This document shows, one piece after another, positions 13,690 through 25,900 of a stretch of DNA of 64,000 bases; position 1 is the stretch's first letter, and the number at the start of each line of letters is the position of its first letter. Location: positions 628,636,889-628,700,888 of the forward strand of contig NC_133618.1 in the NCBI RefSeq assembly GCF_048593235.1, read 5' to 3'. A model generated the notes under the pieces. That model ran no database searches. It was not told the origin of the DNA and saw only the letters and a list, made by a program, of their open reading frames with translations. Made by a program: the position numbers and the translations under genes. The stretch comes from Sminthopsis crassicaudata. Lineage: Eukaryota.

Positions 13690-14090
13690 TGTAGTCGGTG
13701 GAGACTTCTTGGAGGAGCTATGATTTAAACAGGGCTTGAAATATTTGGCAATGTGGAAAACTGAGAAGGCATTTCTGATTCAGGACCACAGTTTGAGCAA
13801 AAACACAAAGGAAGAAGGCCTTTATGGGGCCTGTGGAAGGGTCAGTGGGCAGCCCAGTATGAGCAGGGGGAGGATTTATGCAGGAAAGCTGTGGGCGCCA
13901 GGGTTGGAAAGGCAACTTGGGGAAGATTGTGCAAGGCCTTGAAGATCAGCCCACAGGTTTGAACTTTATACCATCTGCAAAGGTAAATGACATTATAAAT
14001 GGGTCTGGATGGGCTCTGAGAGTGACTTTTAATTTCCTCTACAGCCCAACAGTCTCCACTGATTATTGCCAGATTCCAAACTGTTCCATC
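13690..14090 (-). mobile_element. L2 fragment
   Basis: Purine-rich reverse-strand L2 motifs (GATTGTGCAAGGCCTTGAAG, TTTGAACTTTAT). Confidence 0.65.
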
Positions 14091-14119
14091 AACTCTAATC
14101 TTTGCCCTACTCCCCCCAC

Positions 14120-14560
14120 ACACGCCTCCTTCCTTCTTGGACACTGCTGCCAAAATAATTAAAGCATCACTTTAATCATGTTTTATCATGTCTCTTATTG
14201 CTGAAAATACCAATGGCCTTCCCACCAACCACAAGACAGAGTTTGAAAGGAGCAGGGAAATTTGCCAGAGAGCTTTTCTACCCATTAGATAAAGTCAAAT
14301 TTCCTAGATGAGAATTCAAGGGCCTCCACAATCTAGCACCAAACTCCTTTTCCATCTCTTTCTCCCACTCTTCCCCTATGTCTGTACAAACTCTGTGTCT
14401 TACCCAATCTTATCTATTTGATGTCTCCTAAAATGTGGCATATACATACCTACTTCCTTACTTTTGTCCATGCCATTCCCTTCACATAGAATTCCTTCTT
14501 CTTTTCTTCTCCTCTCTAGCCAAATGTATCCATTCTCCAAGTACAAATTGACTCATTTAA
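14120..14560 (+). mobile_element. L2 fragment
   Basis: CTGCTGCCAAAATAATT, GGCCTCCACAATCTAGCACC, CATGCCATTCCC...GAATTCC motifs. Confidence 0.65.
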
Positions 14561-15254
14561 CATTGTGGTTCAATGAAAGTCAAGAACAATTCTCCCACCT
14601 CTCCATAGTTCCTCCCTCCTTTACTTAATATGTACTCACCCCCCTCCCAAAACTGCTAGTGACTTGACCCTTTCCATATTTCTCTACCATTCTGAATCCT
14701 GTTTCCTTTCCCTCCTTCTTTCCTTTAGTGGACTCAAGGCCCTGCTTCCTTGAGATTTTTCATTAGAAAAAGTTTTCCAATGAGTTAAAGAACGAAGTAA
14801 AAATATAAAAAAATGTATGAAGCCCAGAATTTCCAGTTCCACAGCTGTGGAACCTTAGTCTAAGATATCCTTAATTTAGCCAGTCATAAACACAAAGGAG
14901 GAGGGTTAGGCTTCCAACTGAGAGGAAAGGACATGAGTGAAAGTAGTAAGGTAGAAGAGGAAGTGTGATATGTTTAGGAAAGTTCAAGTTGACTAATTTG
15001 CATAAATCATAGGCTATGTGAAGAATAGATAATCAAGATAAGGCTTCAGGGATAATTTGGGGAAGACTGTGAAAGGCTTGAATGACAGTTTGAATTTTAT
15101 CATGCTGGCCCAACAGCTTTATAGGCTGACCTAACCTGCTCCCATTTAACCAGCCTCTCAGTCTGGCCATATCAAATCACTAGTTTCCATGTTGTCTCTG
15201 GAGATGATCTGGTTATATATTTCTATCAACTCCAGTCCTCAAGCCATCCTCAGT

Positions 15255-16720
15255 TCTTGTAATTAATTCAATCTGGTATTCATTTATTAATATTTCTTCT
15301 GCGTAATATGTGAAGTGCTGAGAATACAAAGACAAAATTTTTAATGTTCCTGATCTCAAGAAGCTTAGGTTCTACCAGAGTAGACAATATATAAATAACT
15401 AAATACAAGATAATTTGAGAATAGAGAAAATATTACTGACTAGAAAGGGCTTTACATAAGACCCAGCATTTGTCCTGAGCCCGGAAGGGAAGGGAAGGAT
15501 TCTAAGATAGAGGTTAGAAAAAAAAAGTGATTTCCAAGAATGCAGGAGAGCCTGGACAAAAGCATGAAGGCAGGAGATGGAATAGTTAATTTGAGGAGAA
15601 GTAGCCCAGCTTAACTGGCATATAGAGTGCTTTAAGAGAAAAATGTAAATGTAAAATAAGTCTAGAGTGGTAGGAGCAAGTCCAATTTTGAAGGGATTTA
15701 AATGCTATTATGTATAATTATTACATGATAAGTCCATTAGAAAGGCACCAAGTACCATGAAAGTCCTGAAGGAAATGGTTCCTATAAACAGGGGTGATTT
15801 CAGGAAAGACTCCATGGAAGAAGCAGCATTACATTGGTGCTTTCAAACATGAGTAGAAACTGAATAGCTGCAAAGTCAGGGAGGCCTTCTATGGCAGGGG
15901 AGCAGAATGTGTCTAGGAATCAGAATAGCCCAATTAGCCTGGAACATTGCAGAGGGAGCCACAAAAAAAGAGAGCTAGAAAGGTGTTAGGGCTGCTAGTT
16001 TGGGAAGGAAACAAGTGGTTGCTCCAGGAATGAGAACTTTACTCAAGATAGGCTGGGGAGATTTTTGAACGGGAGTAATAAGATCAGATCTATTTGAAAG
16101 TTTCTTTTAGCAGTAGTTAAAAAAAAGAGAAAGAAAAAAGTTAGACTGGAACAAAGAAAGGGGAGATGGGAAAGAGACCAGTTAGGAGGTGACTACCATG
16201 ATCCAGGCAGGAAGTAATCAGAGTTTGGTCTTCATGGCCATGGAAATGGAGAAGAGGATGGACTGGGAGCATGTCACAGCAATGGAATCAACTGTATCAG
16301 GTAATTGATCCTATAATAAAAAGGAAATGGAAGGGAGTCTCATAACTCCACAGATACAAACAGGGAGATCTTGTTAAGGGGTGTGCCATAGAAATAATCA
16401 GGAGAAAGACTAGCTGAAGAGAATGCAGTGGGCTCAGTCTGGAGGGCATTGAGCTTGATATGCTGTCAGACATGCAACTGGAGACACCTGTGGGCATCGG
16501 AGATGGGGATATAGTTCAGAAGGGAGAACTGGACCAGACAGCAGAGAATCTGCCATGTGCAGGAAATGGGGATGCAAGTCAAAATGGGCCTTCTCTGCAT
16601 TTACATCCTACTGGGAAGAGTCAAAATCAGTCCTACATATGTCGGAGGAGGAGGTCAAATGAAGAGGCAAAATGGCAGAACTTCATTTTAACAGGGAGTC
16701 GTTATGTAGATGTGCCAGAT
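15255..16720 (-). mobile_element. Long L2 remnant
   Basis: ATTCAATCTGGTATTCATTTATTAA (reverse L2 end), then reverse L2 body (TTGAGCTTGATATGCTG...ACATGCAACTGGAGA, ATCCAGGCAGGAAGTAAT). Confidence 0.7.
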
Positions 16721-19139
16721 CAGGGTCAGAAAGGAAGGTGCTAGGAACTGGGGGTTCTTGCAGGACAAAACACACAGAATCCTCTGAGAATTCATGAGAT
16801 CTTAGGTCTAGAGGTGCGAAGGAATTCAGAGACCACCTAGTCAAACTGCTTCATTTTATAAACTGAGGCCCAGAGAAATTAAGTAAATGTCCCAAAATCA
16901 CACCGGTCATGTCAGGTGGAATTTTGAACCCAGGTCTTTTGATTGAAGCAAGTAGCTTTCTACCCTTCTCCATGTGAAATGGAGCCTGTAAGACTCCCTT
17001 CATCTTTAAAAATATAAACCCATTACATGCAATCATTGATATCTGTACATATTTTGACAGAAAATCCCCAGTCCACTGAGTGGACATGGGACCCCCGAGA
17101 TAACTGGCCTAATTCAGGATGCAGGCCCATAAATGTTGGCCCAGTGAGTGGTTGGTGACCAGCCTTAGAAGGGTAAGCAAGGGAGCAGAGATGGAGAGCT
17201 AGCTTGTGATAAGAATATGGGAACAGTGATCAAAGATCACAGAAAAATGAGAGAGCATTAGAGTCCTGATTCATTGGCTCTATAAAAAAGAGAGAATAAA
17301 TCTGTATAAAGTAAAAAGGGAGTCCTTTGTGAAGGTAATTTTAATAAGTGACTCCTGAGGAATGAGAGAGAGTGAGCCTGTGTGTGCCGGAGGAAATGGG
17401 ATGCTGGAGAGACTCGGTTGTTCACTGAGTCTTGACTTGAGAAAAATCTCAAAGGGGGAAAGGCAGCCATTTGTGAAGACTCAGACATCAGGGCTGCAAT
17501 CTGCATCAGTGGAGGGAGTGCCCTAGCAGATAAAATCACACCATTTTGATCCAAGACTCATCAAAAAGCCCACAGATGGGAGGTAGAGGAAGGTCATTAC
17601 CAGACTTCCATGCCAAAGTGAAAAACATCCAACGATTCAGATGGAGGACACCAGTTAATAGCCAAGACAGCCCAGCCAACAAAAGGATATCAGCTGTCTT
17701 TTGGCAAGGGGGGGGAAGAGGAGCCATCACATGATACTTTTTGAAAGCATTAAACAAGCTTTCTGTTTTCCTTCAAAACCCCTGGAGACTTACCTATCTG
17801 TGGCTGAAAGAGGAAATCAACATTATGAAGCAATAAAAGGATGTTCCTGGTTATATATCAAACAAATCCATCTTCTCAGACAGTTAATTTTCATTTTGCA
17901 CTTTTTTCTGGTGACAACACAAGTAATGACCGTGGAGGATCTGCAAAGTCATTGATCAGTGACAGTGCCTTCCCAGCCTCCTTCACTCCCAGACACCCAA
18001 ACTGTCAAGGCGCCTCTTTCTTTGCTCATTTGGCTCCCCCCCCCCGTCTCCTGACCCTGCCGAGATTGCAAAAAGGAGCAAATCCAGGCACTGACAGCCT
18101 TTACCCCAACATGCCCGAATGGGGCTGGCAGTCAGGCGTAGAAAAGTTATCCTCTGAGAAAAGTGTCTCGAAAAGACTTGGAAAGGCTTTGGCAGCTGAG
18201 AGCTGATCAGTATACCTCTCATTCTCATTAGGAAGAGGGCAAGCAATTTGGAAACCTATTAGCTGGCAAAGTATCACACAGAAAAAAGAATACAAGATGT
18301 GGAAACAGAAAATCTGGGTTCAAATCTCAGCTCACTTAACAACTGTGATTTTGAGTGACTCACCACATCTCAGTTTTCTCATTGGTAAAATGGAAGAGAT
18401 GGAGTTATCCCTAGTGTCCCTATTAGCTCTCAGGCTTTTGAATCTAACTATGATCTCTCCATTGATCAGAGGCAAATTCACATGCTCGAATCAAAAGTTC
18501 AAATTGCTTAATGCATCACTGCTGAGCTCCTCAAATATATGATCTGCCCTGTTCTTCTCCTACTGCCCAATCCAGAAACCCTCAAAATACATTATCACTA
18601 ATCTCAGAAATATACTGTTATTGACATCTGAATATAAACATTCTTTATTCTTCATATAAGCCCTCATTGGTACCCCAAATATATTATCAACGAGTCTTCA
18701 AAGTACCACCCACTGACCCTGCCACAGTAGGCTGTGAATGGTGACCCCAGTGAACCACCACTGATCATTCCAACGCGTAAACCCTCAGGGCTTCTTATAT
18801 TCCATTCCTGATCCCACAGATCCATCATCGTTGACTTAGGAAACTGGCCCCATGGCATGGTTCAATGGAAAGGAGACATTGATATTATATAAATCACTTG
18901 ACATCCCCTCTAAAATGAGGAAAGGGACTTAAATCAGAGCACCTCTAAGATCGTTTCCAATAATAAATCCTACCTATACTCCCACTGACATTCTTCTAGT
19001 TCGTTCTTGTTGATTTTCATAGTTCTTTGTTTAATAGTTTGGGCAAGGCATTTTTTTCTTTCCCTATCTATTTTCAGTTTCTTAGCCCTTTTGGTAATAT
19101 CAACTAGGATCTAGCTAAGCATTCTTCAGTTTTCATGAG

Positions 19140-19370
19140 ATAGATACAATGGAACCAACTAGTACTGGCTTGAGAAAGTTGATCATTAAATTTTCAATTG
19201 TATTTGCATCTCAGAAATCAGCAAATGCACCAAATTAGGCTTAATTTATTATGTTGTCTAGATGTAAGAAAGTGATAGAGAAAATGTGAATTATTCAGAT
19301 TAAACTTAAAACGGTGTCATATGCATTTTTCCAAAGTGTTGGTTGTTAAACATTTACCAGCACACCTCTA
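19140..19370 (+). mobile_element. hAT-Blackjack MITE, MER63-like
   Basis: TTAAATTTTCA...CATCTCAGAAATCAGCAAATGC...GGTTGTTAAACATTTACCAGCACACC, matching the recalled MER63 right end. Confidence 0.75.
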
Positions 19371-21529
19371 GATAAACATACCCCATTCCTTTCCTCAAAA
19401 AGATTCTATTATTCTTGATCTAAAAATGCAAATTCTGTTCTCCAACTCTCTGTCTCTGAAAGTATCTTCCATTTTAACTGTATATATCTTACATATACAT
19501 GGTTCTTTGCATGTTATTTCCCCTGTTAGAATAGGAATTTCTTGAGAATAGGACATGTTGTTGCCTTTTTTACAACTGCAGTACTGAACACAATACTTTA
19601 AATAAAATAGTCATTAGTGTTTGTTGACTGACTTACAGACCATCGACATAACCAACTTCCATTTTCATTCCTCCTTATAACCTCTTTTCTCTTTCAGAAT
19701 CCTTATCTTCAACTGGAAGATGTTTTTTAAAAAACTACCAATTGTGGTCTCAACTTCTTCAGACCACTGCAATTTCTTCCATAGCTCCACAATTTGATAA
19801 ATTGATAATTATGATATATATCTGTACGCGCACGCATGTATGTGTGTGTGTCTGTGTGTGTGTATTCATGAATCCTTAAAAGGAGTTAGAGATACCAGTT
19901 TGATAACTCTTTTGGGGATCTCCATTATATCCCAGATGCAGAAAGATAGCATCCAAGCATCCTTTCCCATTGATCATGTTAAGATTCTGTTCAGCCACTT
20001 CCTTCACAAAGCATCTCACTATCCTAAAGCCAGTAAAGTTCCCTCCTTTTTGAGTCTTAAGTGTAAATTCTCCCTAATATCCCATAAGGCATTCACTAGT
20101 ATTCTTTTCTCAGAAGATTTAGATACAGCTACTGAGGACAGAGCCACATCCTTATTCTTTAAACCCAACATTTCAGAGGGTTTTTTTGTCTTCTTTCTCC
20201 TCTGTGACATGTTTTTGTACATGTTTTTGAAACTAGTCATTTGTTTGTTTTTCATGTCTACCTTCTCATGTTCTTTCACTTCTGATTTACTTACATTTCT
20301 TCCATTCTGTCCAAGAACTCTTCATATTCTCTGATGCACCAAAATGCTATTCCTCATATACATTAATTTTTTTTCATCCAGCAGGGAAAGCCATTTGCCT
20401 TGACACACACATAGTCAGTGACTGATTTGGGCAGGAAGACAAACATAACACAGTCTTGTACAGCCCTTCTTCCTGACTTGGATTTCAGCTGAGTCTAAAG
20501 AGAGGATATTGGAAAACGGCTCAACTGGAAAAGGGTGGGAGGGGTCTAAAATCATGGCTGCCCAAATGTAATAGAGTGACATCTATAGATTTTCAAAAAC
20601 AAAATGAGGAATGCAGATCATGAAGCATTATTCCATCTTCAGCTTGGGAAACTGCCTTCCACTGGGGCTCTTCTCTCTCTTGTCTGTCCCCCTCTCCAAT
20701 TATTAATTCTTTAACACATTTCACAGTAAAATACAGGGTCACAGGAAAGATCCCCTTGAGTTCTCATCACATCCCTGAAATTATGCAACAGATCTCACTT
20801 AAAAGATTCTCTTACACAGACCATTAATGACTCTTCTGCAAGGTCCCTTCTTCAAGACATTAATCACCAAACTAGTCCTTGCAATCATGTTTTTATTTAG
20901 TCTGTAAGCTATATTTTTCTACTCAACTGCCTTTGGTAGCTATTTTTCACTGTGTGATAAAATTCAGACTTTTCTGTCTACTGAGCACTCAGTCCATACA
21001 GAACGCTGCCCAGCAGCCAGAGGTAGCTTGAAGGTTCCATCAGTACATTTATTAGATAATAATTTAGCAGCAAGATTTTCAAACCATCGCCACTCTTTTT
21101 CTTCCCAAGAAGCAGGGAGTACAGTTAATTTTGATTCATAGAGCTTGGATTCAAATCTCTGCCCTTATATTAACTAACTCTATAACCTTGGGCAGGAGTT
21201 AACCATTTTAGAACTCAGTTTTCTCACCTATAAAATGGGAAAACTAAACTCAATGGTTCTTGTCCTAACTCCAGTTCCATAATCCTCTGATCTCTCTGGA
21301 CCTCAGTTTCTTCATCTGTAATATAGGAAAGTTGGACCTTGGACCTTCCAATTCTAAATGTATGGATCCATGATATTACCTTCTCCTTCACATGGTGCTG
21401 GAGTGGGGAAGGATCTTTGATGTCCTTTAGAAAGAACACAGATGCTAATAAGCTCTTATTGCCTTCCTTTCAAATGTTCCCTACCTGAGCATGGCACAAC
21501 TGAACATTGCTACTGAAGCTGCAGTCAGA

Positions 21530-21716
21530 AACACCTGAATTCAAATCCAGCTTTAGACATTTAAGAGCTGTGTAGCCTTGGGACTCAGTCTCCTCAACTG
21601 TAAAACAGGGATGATACTAGCACCCACCTTCCAGAATTGTTGTAAGGACTAAATGGGATATTTGTAAAGTGCTTAGCACTGTGCCTAGCTTATAATAAGC
21701 ACTTAATAAGTACTTT
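21530..21716 (+). mobile_element. MIR
   Basis: CCTGAATTCAAATCC B-box, CTCAGTCTCCTCAACTGTAAAA core, GTAAAGTGCTTAGCACTGTGCCT tail. Confidence 0.8.
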
Positions 21717-22639
21717 TTTCCTATATAAGTCCCTTTTTTCCAGTCACAACCATATCTCCTTCCTCCACTCTACTTCCCAAACCATGTTTCTCCCTCTTCA
21801 AAACCTCATTCAAAATTTACCTCTTCATAATGTTTTCCAGGCTTGTATTTCAATCAGATTTGATCTCTCTGATCACTCCAGTTTCCCTTTCTGGCTCTCC
21901 TCAAGATGTTCAACCTTGTGTATACCCATTAAAAAAAGACTTTAAGGATCTTGAAGACAGAGACAACATCAATTTTCTTTGTTATTTTCCCAAAAGGATT
22001 GGGTGTCTCAGGATTAGGTATCTCAGGACAATCCAAACCAGCCAACAAAGAGAGTGTCTTTGTTTTTACTTCTCTTGGAAAGTCAACCATTTCCCTTCTA
22101 TACCCAAGGGGAAGGAATCTAGTCTTCAAAATTCCTTATGTATTTCATACTTTCAAAGCCAAGCAAGTCCTTAAACAACAAACCTATGAGGTCGGGATGA
22201 AGTATAGGAAAAACAAGTGGAATAAGAATTCCCCAAACCCATGTAATTATTGTTCCATAGTGACTGCAATTCAAAAGAGCCCACAAGCCCTCGTAGACTA
22301 CCAGCTGACAAAATGTTTTTTTATTAGCCCTTTTATCTTTTACCCAGGATAAGATCATACCTTTTAACCTTTCTTAAATGAAGTTAGAATTAGATTTTTT
22401 TTCTGTTTGACTCTATGGCCAACACAGTCTCTAATAACCATTATCTTTTCTTTATAAACATTTAGAGAATAACAGTTTCTGGAGCCAGTCCCCATTCTAG
22501 CTACATCAATCATTTAATATAGAATGTTAGACCTTGAAGGGACCTTAGAGGTTAAATCTTCCCTTTGATCCAATGGTTCCATGATTGAGATTGTATCCTA
22601 AGGAGTTTACTGGTAAGGGGAAAAAATGACTAATGGAAA

Positions 22640-22890
22640 TGGAAAATATGCACCATTTATATTAGAAAAAATAGAAGCAAAAGTAGGTGTCTGACAATTG
22701 GAGAATGCTTGAACAGATCATGGTATATGAATGTAATAGAATATTATTGCACCATAAGAAAGGACAAATGTGGAGAATTCAAAGATAAATGGAATGGCTT
22801 ATTTGAAGAGATAGAGTAGAGAAAGTGGAACCAAAAAACTAATATACATGGCCAATATAAATGAAGATAATACTAACAGCAACAAAACCA
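22640..22890 (+). mobile_element. Old L1 ORF2 C-terminal fragment
   Basis: TTGGAGAATGCTTGAACAGATCATGGTATATGAATGTAATAGAATATTATTG matches the L1 ORF2 end region. Confidence 0.75.
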
Positions 22891-23024
22891 TATTAAATTC
22901 ACAAGTCATACTTCTGCCCAAGCCGGAGGTGGTTTTTCTGAGGGATGGCCTTGTGATTATAAACTAAATATGCAAAATGAGACATGACTCCTGACTGTCT
23001 GAGACTGCCTTAGTAAGGGAGGGG

Positions 23025-23250
23025 AGAATACTTTGAAAGAGGAGAAAGGGAGAGAGAGGGGAGAGAGGGAGAGAAACATGGATAGAGGGAGGAGGAGAGG
23101 GAGAAGAGAAAGGGAAAGGGAGAGTAAAAGAGGAAGAGGGGAGAAGTGGGAGGGAGAGAGAGAGACATGGAGAGAGACATAGAGAGGAGGGGAAGAGAAG
23201 GAGAAGGAAGGAGGAAGAGAGAGAGGGAGGAGGGGAGAGAAAGATTGAGA
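23025..23250. repeat. Polypurine (GA/GGA) low-complexity tract
   Basis: About 220 bp, almost entirely A/G on the plus strand. Confidence 0.9.
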
Positions 23251-25639
23251 CTAAAATAAGCAAAGAAAGATTTTGGGATGAAGGACTGCAGACTTTGGGG
23301 AATCTAGCCCTCACCATATCCCTGATTTCCAATGCTTGCAACATTTGAGAACACCAAAAGCAGACCACCACCCCAATCCAGAATGCTCTATTCAGAGTTA
23401 ACTGAGGTTTGGGTTTTAATTTTACTCCCAAATCTAAGGGCTCATTTTTAAGTCTGGTGTTTTTGCCTACAGCAATCTCATAGTTTCTTTGATGTCTGTT
23501 TACTGTTTACCTTAATAAGGTAGATTACTAGCTATTTGGCCTGAGTTTTGATGTAACTAAAGTTTGATAAGCAGAAGGTTAATTGATGAGTCTGCTAAGT
23601 ATAGTGACCCTTATTGTGAACTTGTCTTCCCCTAGACTACAAATATCAGAAGTGCAATAAGGAGACAAAATTCTAGACCAATAAACATCTTGGAGACAAG
23701 TGGGTGAACAAGTAAGTACCCAGCCATGACCTTCTTACTCTCCATCAATGTAAGAAATCACAGTCTTATTAGAAACAGGGCAGACCAGGTCACAGATAAT
23801 ACTGAGTCATGTCCCTCATGAGCCAGCCATGTTTATACTATAAGGGCAATACTTTACACACTGGAAACAAGTTCATTGAGCTGGACAGTTTGGATAATAC
23901 CAGTTTAACAGAGAAACATTTTGGGATAATCAATAGGGAAAGGACCTCAAAGTCAAGGAAATCCAAGTTCAAACTCTGCCTTAAGTCCATCTTGACTGTG
24001 TGACCTTGGGCTTCCCAACTTTCTAAGACTGATTCAGACTTCGTGGGTAGAGAGAATATGATCACTGGACATTCCCTCTGACAGTGAAATAACAGCTCTT
24101 GCCTAGTCCACAAACATAAGTGAAGGAAGAGGAATCTGACAGAAAGAATGCTGAATTTAAGTTTAAGGGTTCCGATCTTGTCACTTGCTCCCTGAGTGCC
24201 CTTGGACACTCTGAGGCCTGTTTCTTTCATCCATAAAATGAGGTTGGACTATATAATTTCTCAGATTCCTTCCAGCTCTAAGTTTGTGAATAAATGAATG
24301 AAAAAGTCTTTATTCGATGCCTGCTATGTGCCTATCACTGTGCTAAGAGCTAGGGACACAGAGGAGAGCTGAGCCCTGCTCTCAAGAGTTCACCTTCTAA
24401 TAGGGGGAAACAACCTATAGACAGTTGCCTCTGGCTGCAAGCCAGATCCAGTCCATTAGAGTATGAAGCTAGAGCAAATGGTAATGCATCTTCTTCAATG
24501 TCATCTCTTCTGATAAAACCCTAGCTATGGCTGATGTTGAACCGTTGATAGTGTCAAGGGCTTTCTCTTCCCCGTCTATGATGCTAAATATATACATGCA
24601 CATACGTACGCAGACAAGTGTGCAGATTTATATATAAATATAATTTATATATTTGCTTTTCAGTAAGGGTTAGAAACAAATATCTACACAAATATTCATC
24701 TGCAATGCTTCATTTGTTTGTTTTTCTTTCTTTCCTTTTCTTATGATATCTTGGTAATGCATTTAAATACTTGAAGTTATTTTCAATTAAAATTTAAAAT
24801 AAAACATTTTTAAAGGAACAGGCCCAGAGAGCCTACTGGGGCCCTCTAGATGTTAACAGATAGAGCACCAGCCGTGGAATTAAATCTGGTCTACTACATT
24901 TACTACCTGTCTGATCACTTTACTCTTTGTGCCTCAGTTTCTTCATCTGTAAAATGGGCTGGAGGAATTGGGAGGGACTTGGGAGACTCCTTATTTTTAC
25001 AGACAGACAAGGCTCGGTTTTCCATCCCCCAGCCGGGGCGAGTCGGAGGCGGGGGCGGTCCCCTGCCCTGTGGGGGGGTTAGTCATTAGCCCCTCGGCAG
25101 AGCCGAGGAAATCGAGGTTAGCCAAGGCCCGGTACGCCCCACAGCCACGAAGCCCGGAATCTGGGCCTCTGAGCCGGCTCCCTAATTCCCCGCCGAGCGC
25201 TCTCGGCCCCCGGCATCCCTCAGGGAGAGCATCCTCTGGGCCGGGGAGTAGATTTGTTCTGCACGGTAGCGGGCCGGCCTCCCCCGCCCCCCGCGAGTCC
25301 TCTGGGGGCCGGCCCCCGCCCCGCACCGGCAGCCTCCAGCCCCCCGGGCGGCGTGTTTACATTGCAGATTGCCCGACTCTCCCCTTTGCCGGGGAAATAC
25401 GCCGGGCCCTGGCTGCCGGCCCCAAGGTCGAGGCTGCGCGGAGACGTTCAGTTCCAGAGCGCAGCTCCCCTCTGGGCCCAAAATAAATTGGCGTCATTCG
25501 AGGGAAGCTGGGAAACGGTCCTGTGAAAAAGGAATCAATTACAGCGCCATCGTTATTCCGGCTCCGGCTCTTCGTCCCTCCCGCCTCCTCTTGGAGCCGA
25601 ACCTGTTGCTCGGGGAAAGTACTGAGGACCGGCCTGGCC

Positions 25640-25647
25640 CACGTGAC
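25640..25647 (+). promoter_or_regulatory. E-box/CLEAR-like motif CACGTGAC
   Basis: Exact USF/MiT-TFE-type motif inside the CpG island; occupancy unknown. Confidence 0.45.
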
Positions 25648-25680
25648 TGGCGGAGGGAGCCCCAGACCGAGGCGGATGCG

Positions 25681-25694
25681 GTCTCCCTGGCAAC
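25681..25694 (+). promoter_or_regulatory. RFX X-box-like motif GTCTCCCTGGCAAC
   Basis: Close to the X-box consensus GTNRCC-N0-3-RGYAAC with an intact GGCAAC half site, inside the CpG island. Confidence 0.5.
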
Positions 25695-25755
25695 CGAGCA
25701 GCTTTTGTTCTTGGGAAACGAGGCCGATTCGTCCTTAGGATGTAAAACGCACGTT

Positions 25756-25900
25756 CGGAGATTGTCAGAGCTGGAAGGGCCCGGGAGACGATCCGGGCCG
25801 ATCCCCTCATTTTACAGAAGGGAATCCGAGGACGAGGCGGGGAAGGAATGGGACCAAGGCCTTACTAAGTGTCAGGCCAGGATGCACATCCAGGGGCTTC
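25756..25900 (-). mobile_element. MIR/MIR3-type SINE embedded in the CpG island, unusually CpG-rich
   Basis: GAGCTGGAAGGGCCC...CCCCTCATTTTACAGAAGG...GAGG is the reverse MIR tail and core. 8 CpGs in 25756-25840. Confidence 0.7.

Noticed and set aside
16460-16744. 94-aa ORF with protein-like composition
   Set aside because: Antisense reading of the L2 remnant.
19840-20334. 164-aa ORF
   Set aside because: Starts in a (TG)n tract and runs through degenerate L2-like pyrimidine-rich sequence; no protein signal.
22964-23431. 155-aa Ser/Pro/Leu-rich ORF
   Set aside because: Antisense translation of the polypurine tract.
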